Source of the DNA: Podarcis bocagei
Taxonomy: Eukaryota
Length of the DNA: 64,000 nucleotides
Assembly (NCBI GenBank): GCA_964188305.1
Contig: OZ076889.1
Direction: 5' to 3' (one strand)
Shown: one piece after another, positions 61,932 to 64,000 of the stretch
Layout of the letters: each line of letters begins with the position of its first letter
How positions within the stretch are numbered: the stretch's first letter is position 1
Position numbers and translations under genes: made by a program
The notes under the pieces: model-generated
What the model saw: the letters and a program-made list of their open reading frames with translations, nothing else
Told to the model about the DNA's origin: nothing
The model's database searches: none

Positions 61932-64000
61932 GTAAGCAATGAATTGTAGGAAACCCAAATACTTCTGCCCTTCTATGTTGCAACTATAAATACCATACCA
62001 GACATCATTCATAACACACACTTCAGCTGGATAAATGTAGGAAGGAAAAGTACCATGTACCGGTCGATTGCAGTATGTCCCTGGTTGATCGCGGGATCAT
62101 GCCCCCCCCCCCCAAAGCTCAACAACTTTGATGCTTTCCCAACAAAAGCTCAGCAACTCTGGTCAATCCAATGGGTAGCTCACTGCCATTTTTTAATAGA
62201 TCGCAGCCTATTGGAAGTTGGACGTGCCTGCTATATACAAATCATAGTTTGGGAAATTGGGGGACATAACTACAAGAACTTTGATCTTTTAAAAAGGCAC
62301 AGGGAGGTTAGTTAAGTTGGTACGCAACATGACATGCTCCAAATGAGCAGAAGTGGTCAGCATCTTTGAACAGAAGCAAACACAGAAAGCCCACGGAACA
62401 TCACTGACGTTGAAAGGTAAGATTGTCATTTGCAGACTATATTATAGGTGTGCTTGAACTCCTACAATCAAAAACTCACAAGATCTCAAGATTTCAGCAC
62501 TGAGTTCGCCCAGTGGTGTGAGGAATGTCCCAAGGAACTCAAGCTTTCATAGCTGAAAGAGACACACACATAAATAAGCTGTAGTTACACACTAGTCCAT
62601 CTGCTGTCTTGACACTGATAGATTCATTGCCCCAGGGAAGAGAACCACAGTCTCTGTCTTATTTCTAGAGGGAATGCTGTTTTTCTATCTAAAACAGATT
62701 TTAATCAAACAGATACTGCATACTAATTAGTCAGAACTGATTAGAAATAAGGTATGGTTTATTTCAATACTATATTCTTGAGCTTCTGCACTCTCAAGAG
62801 GTCACCCTGCTATTTATGTATGTTATCCTTCTGAATAAATAACCACACAATACTGCACATATGCTTGTAAGGAAATTCTCTTCGGCTCCAGGATAAATCA
62901 CAAGAAATTTCCATTTTGACTGGAAAAAAGACTTTCATCCAGTCTCTTTAGTTTGTGGCAAACAAACTGGGTAGGGGAGAGAAAATTGAGGTTTTCTCCT
63001 TTTGTATCTAAAGTAGTATTTCTTGTAACTTTGAATCTTGAACTTCAACCCCTTTCCATTTGTGTATATTGCTGAGGATTCTCAGGAAAAGTCTATGGCA
63101 CATACTCATTTTACAGGCCTGTTAGGCATAGCTGTCAGCCTGTTGGAACTGAGATTACAACTTAGAAGTTGTAACAAATCTGACACTTCCCCACAACTGT
63201 ACATTTCATGTTTTGGTTATGGCAAACTAACTTCCTTGAAACCGTACCAGTCATTTAAGGAACTCCGTATAAGCTTTTGATAAACCCAAGCATCCCTAGA
63301 GCACCGTCTGAAAACCATACTAACATAGGGCACACTCTAAAATCCTATAAACAAAGAACCTTATTTCAAACCACTTGAATCTCAAAAAAGAACCACAATT
63401 TCAAAATATGGACTGCCTGAACCATTTTTTTCAGATTCCACGTTGCTCTTGATTCTGAAGGCCTAGTTAAATGTTCAGGGGAAGAGAAGTCTTCTAATAG
63501 GGTTGTGACAACTCAGAAAGCATGTGAAATTTGTTTGAAAGCACCCCCATCATAATCCTCCTTGATGACAGCATACACATACTTCTACCAGCAGGTTTTT
63601 TTTAAAAAAAAATAGAGGACACAGTCCAAATCATAATTTCCTGTGTGTTTTTTGAGGTGAGTCATATACATGAAGCCTATTAGAACCTTTTCGGATAAGT
63701 TGTCTCAGTTCTCAGTATACGCGGACATGTACGGGGAGAGGTATAAAATCTGCTATCCATATATTTTAATGAAATTTACTGCTCTTATTACATGATCTTA
63801 ATAAAATGTATTTTGTGCAAAGTGGTCATTGTCTCTTTCAATTCAGATGTTTTAGTGGCTGTAACCATGTATTGGACTCGGTCTAATTAGTAGAATAAGT
63901 CTTATTTTATAGTGACACCTGCTAGGCAGCTAAAAATGTTATTCACACACATAGTTGAGACATATATTCTGTATCACAGGATCAATTCTGGGTTTCAGAC

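Overview
Vertebrate genomic DNA, very probably from a lacertid lizard, judged from its Sauria SINE, Squam3-like SINEs, tRNA/CR1 SINEs, Bov-B and lizard-type hAT and Tc1/mariner MITEs. Two divergently transcribed genes each start in their own CpG island. GID8 (CTLH E3 ligase subunit) lies on the minus strand with a non-coding exon 1 near 4.6 kb and three coding exons at 298-1875; its last exon is left of the window. DIDO1 (PHD, TFIIS-M and SPOC domains) lies on the plus strand from about 7.2 kb to beyond the right edge. The most notable observation is that the mammalian DIDO1 start codon is replaced by TTG, while three upstream exons (21567-21748, 22940-23138, 25175-25273) splice in frame and add about 156 N-terminal residues. 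Other points of interest are possible conserved short-isoform read-through stops, a cluster of antisense splice signals in the 18-kb intron, a tRNA-Lys-derived element with a perfect B box beside the GID8 promoter, and several unusual small transposons. All calls were made by reading the sequence; no database search was run.
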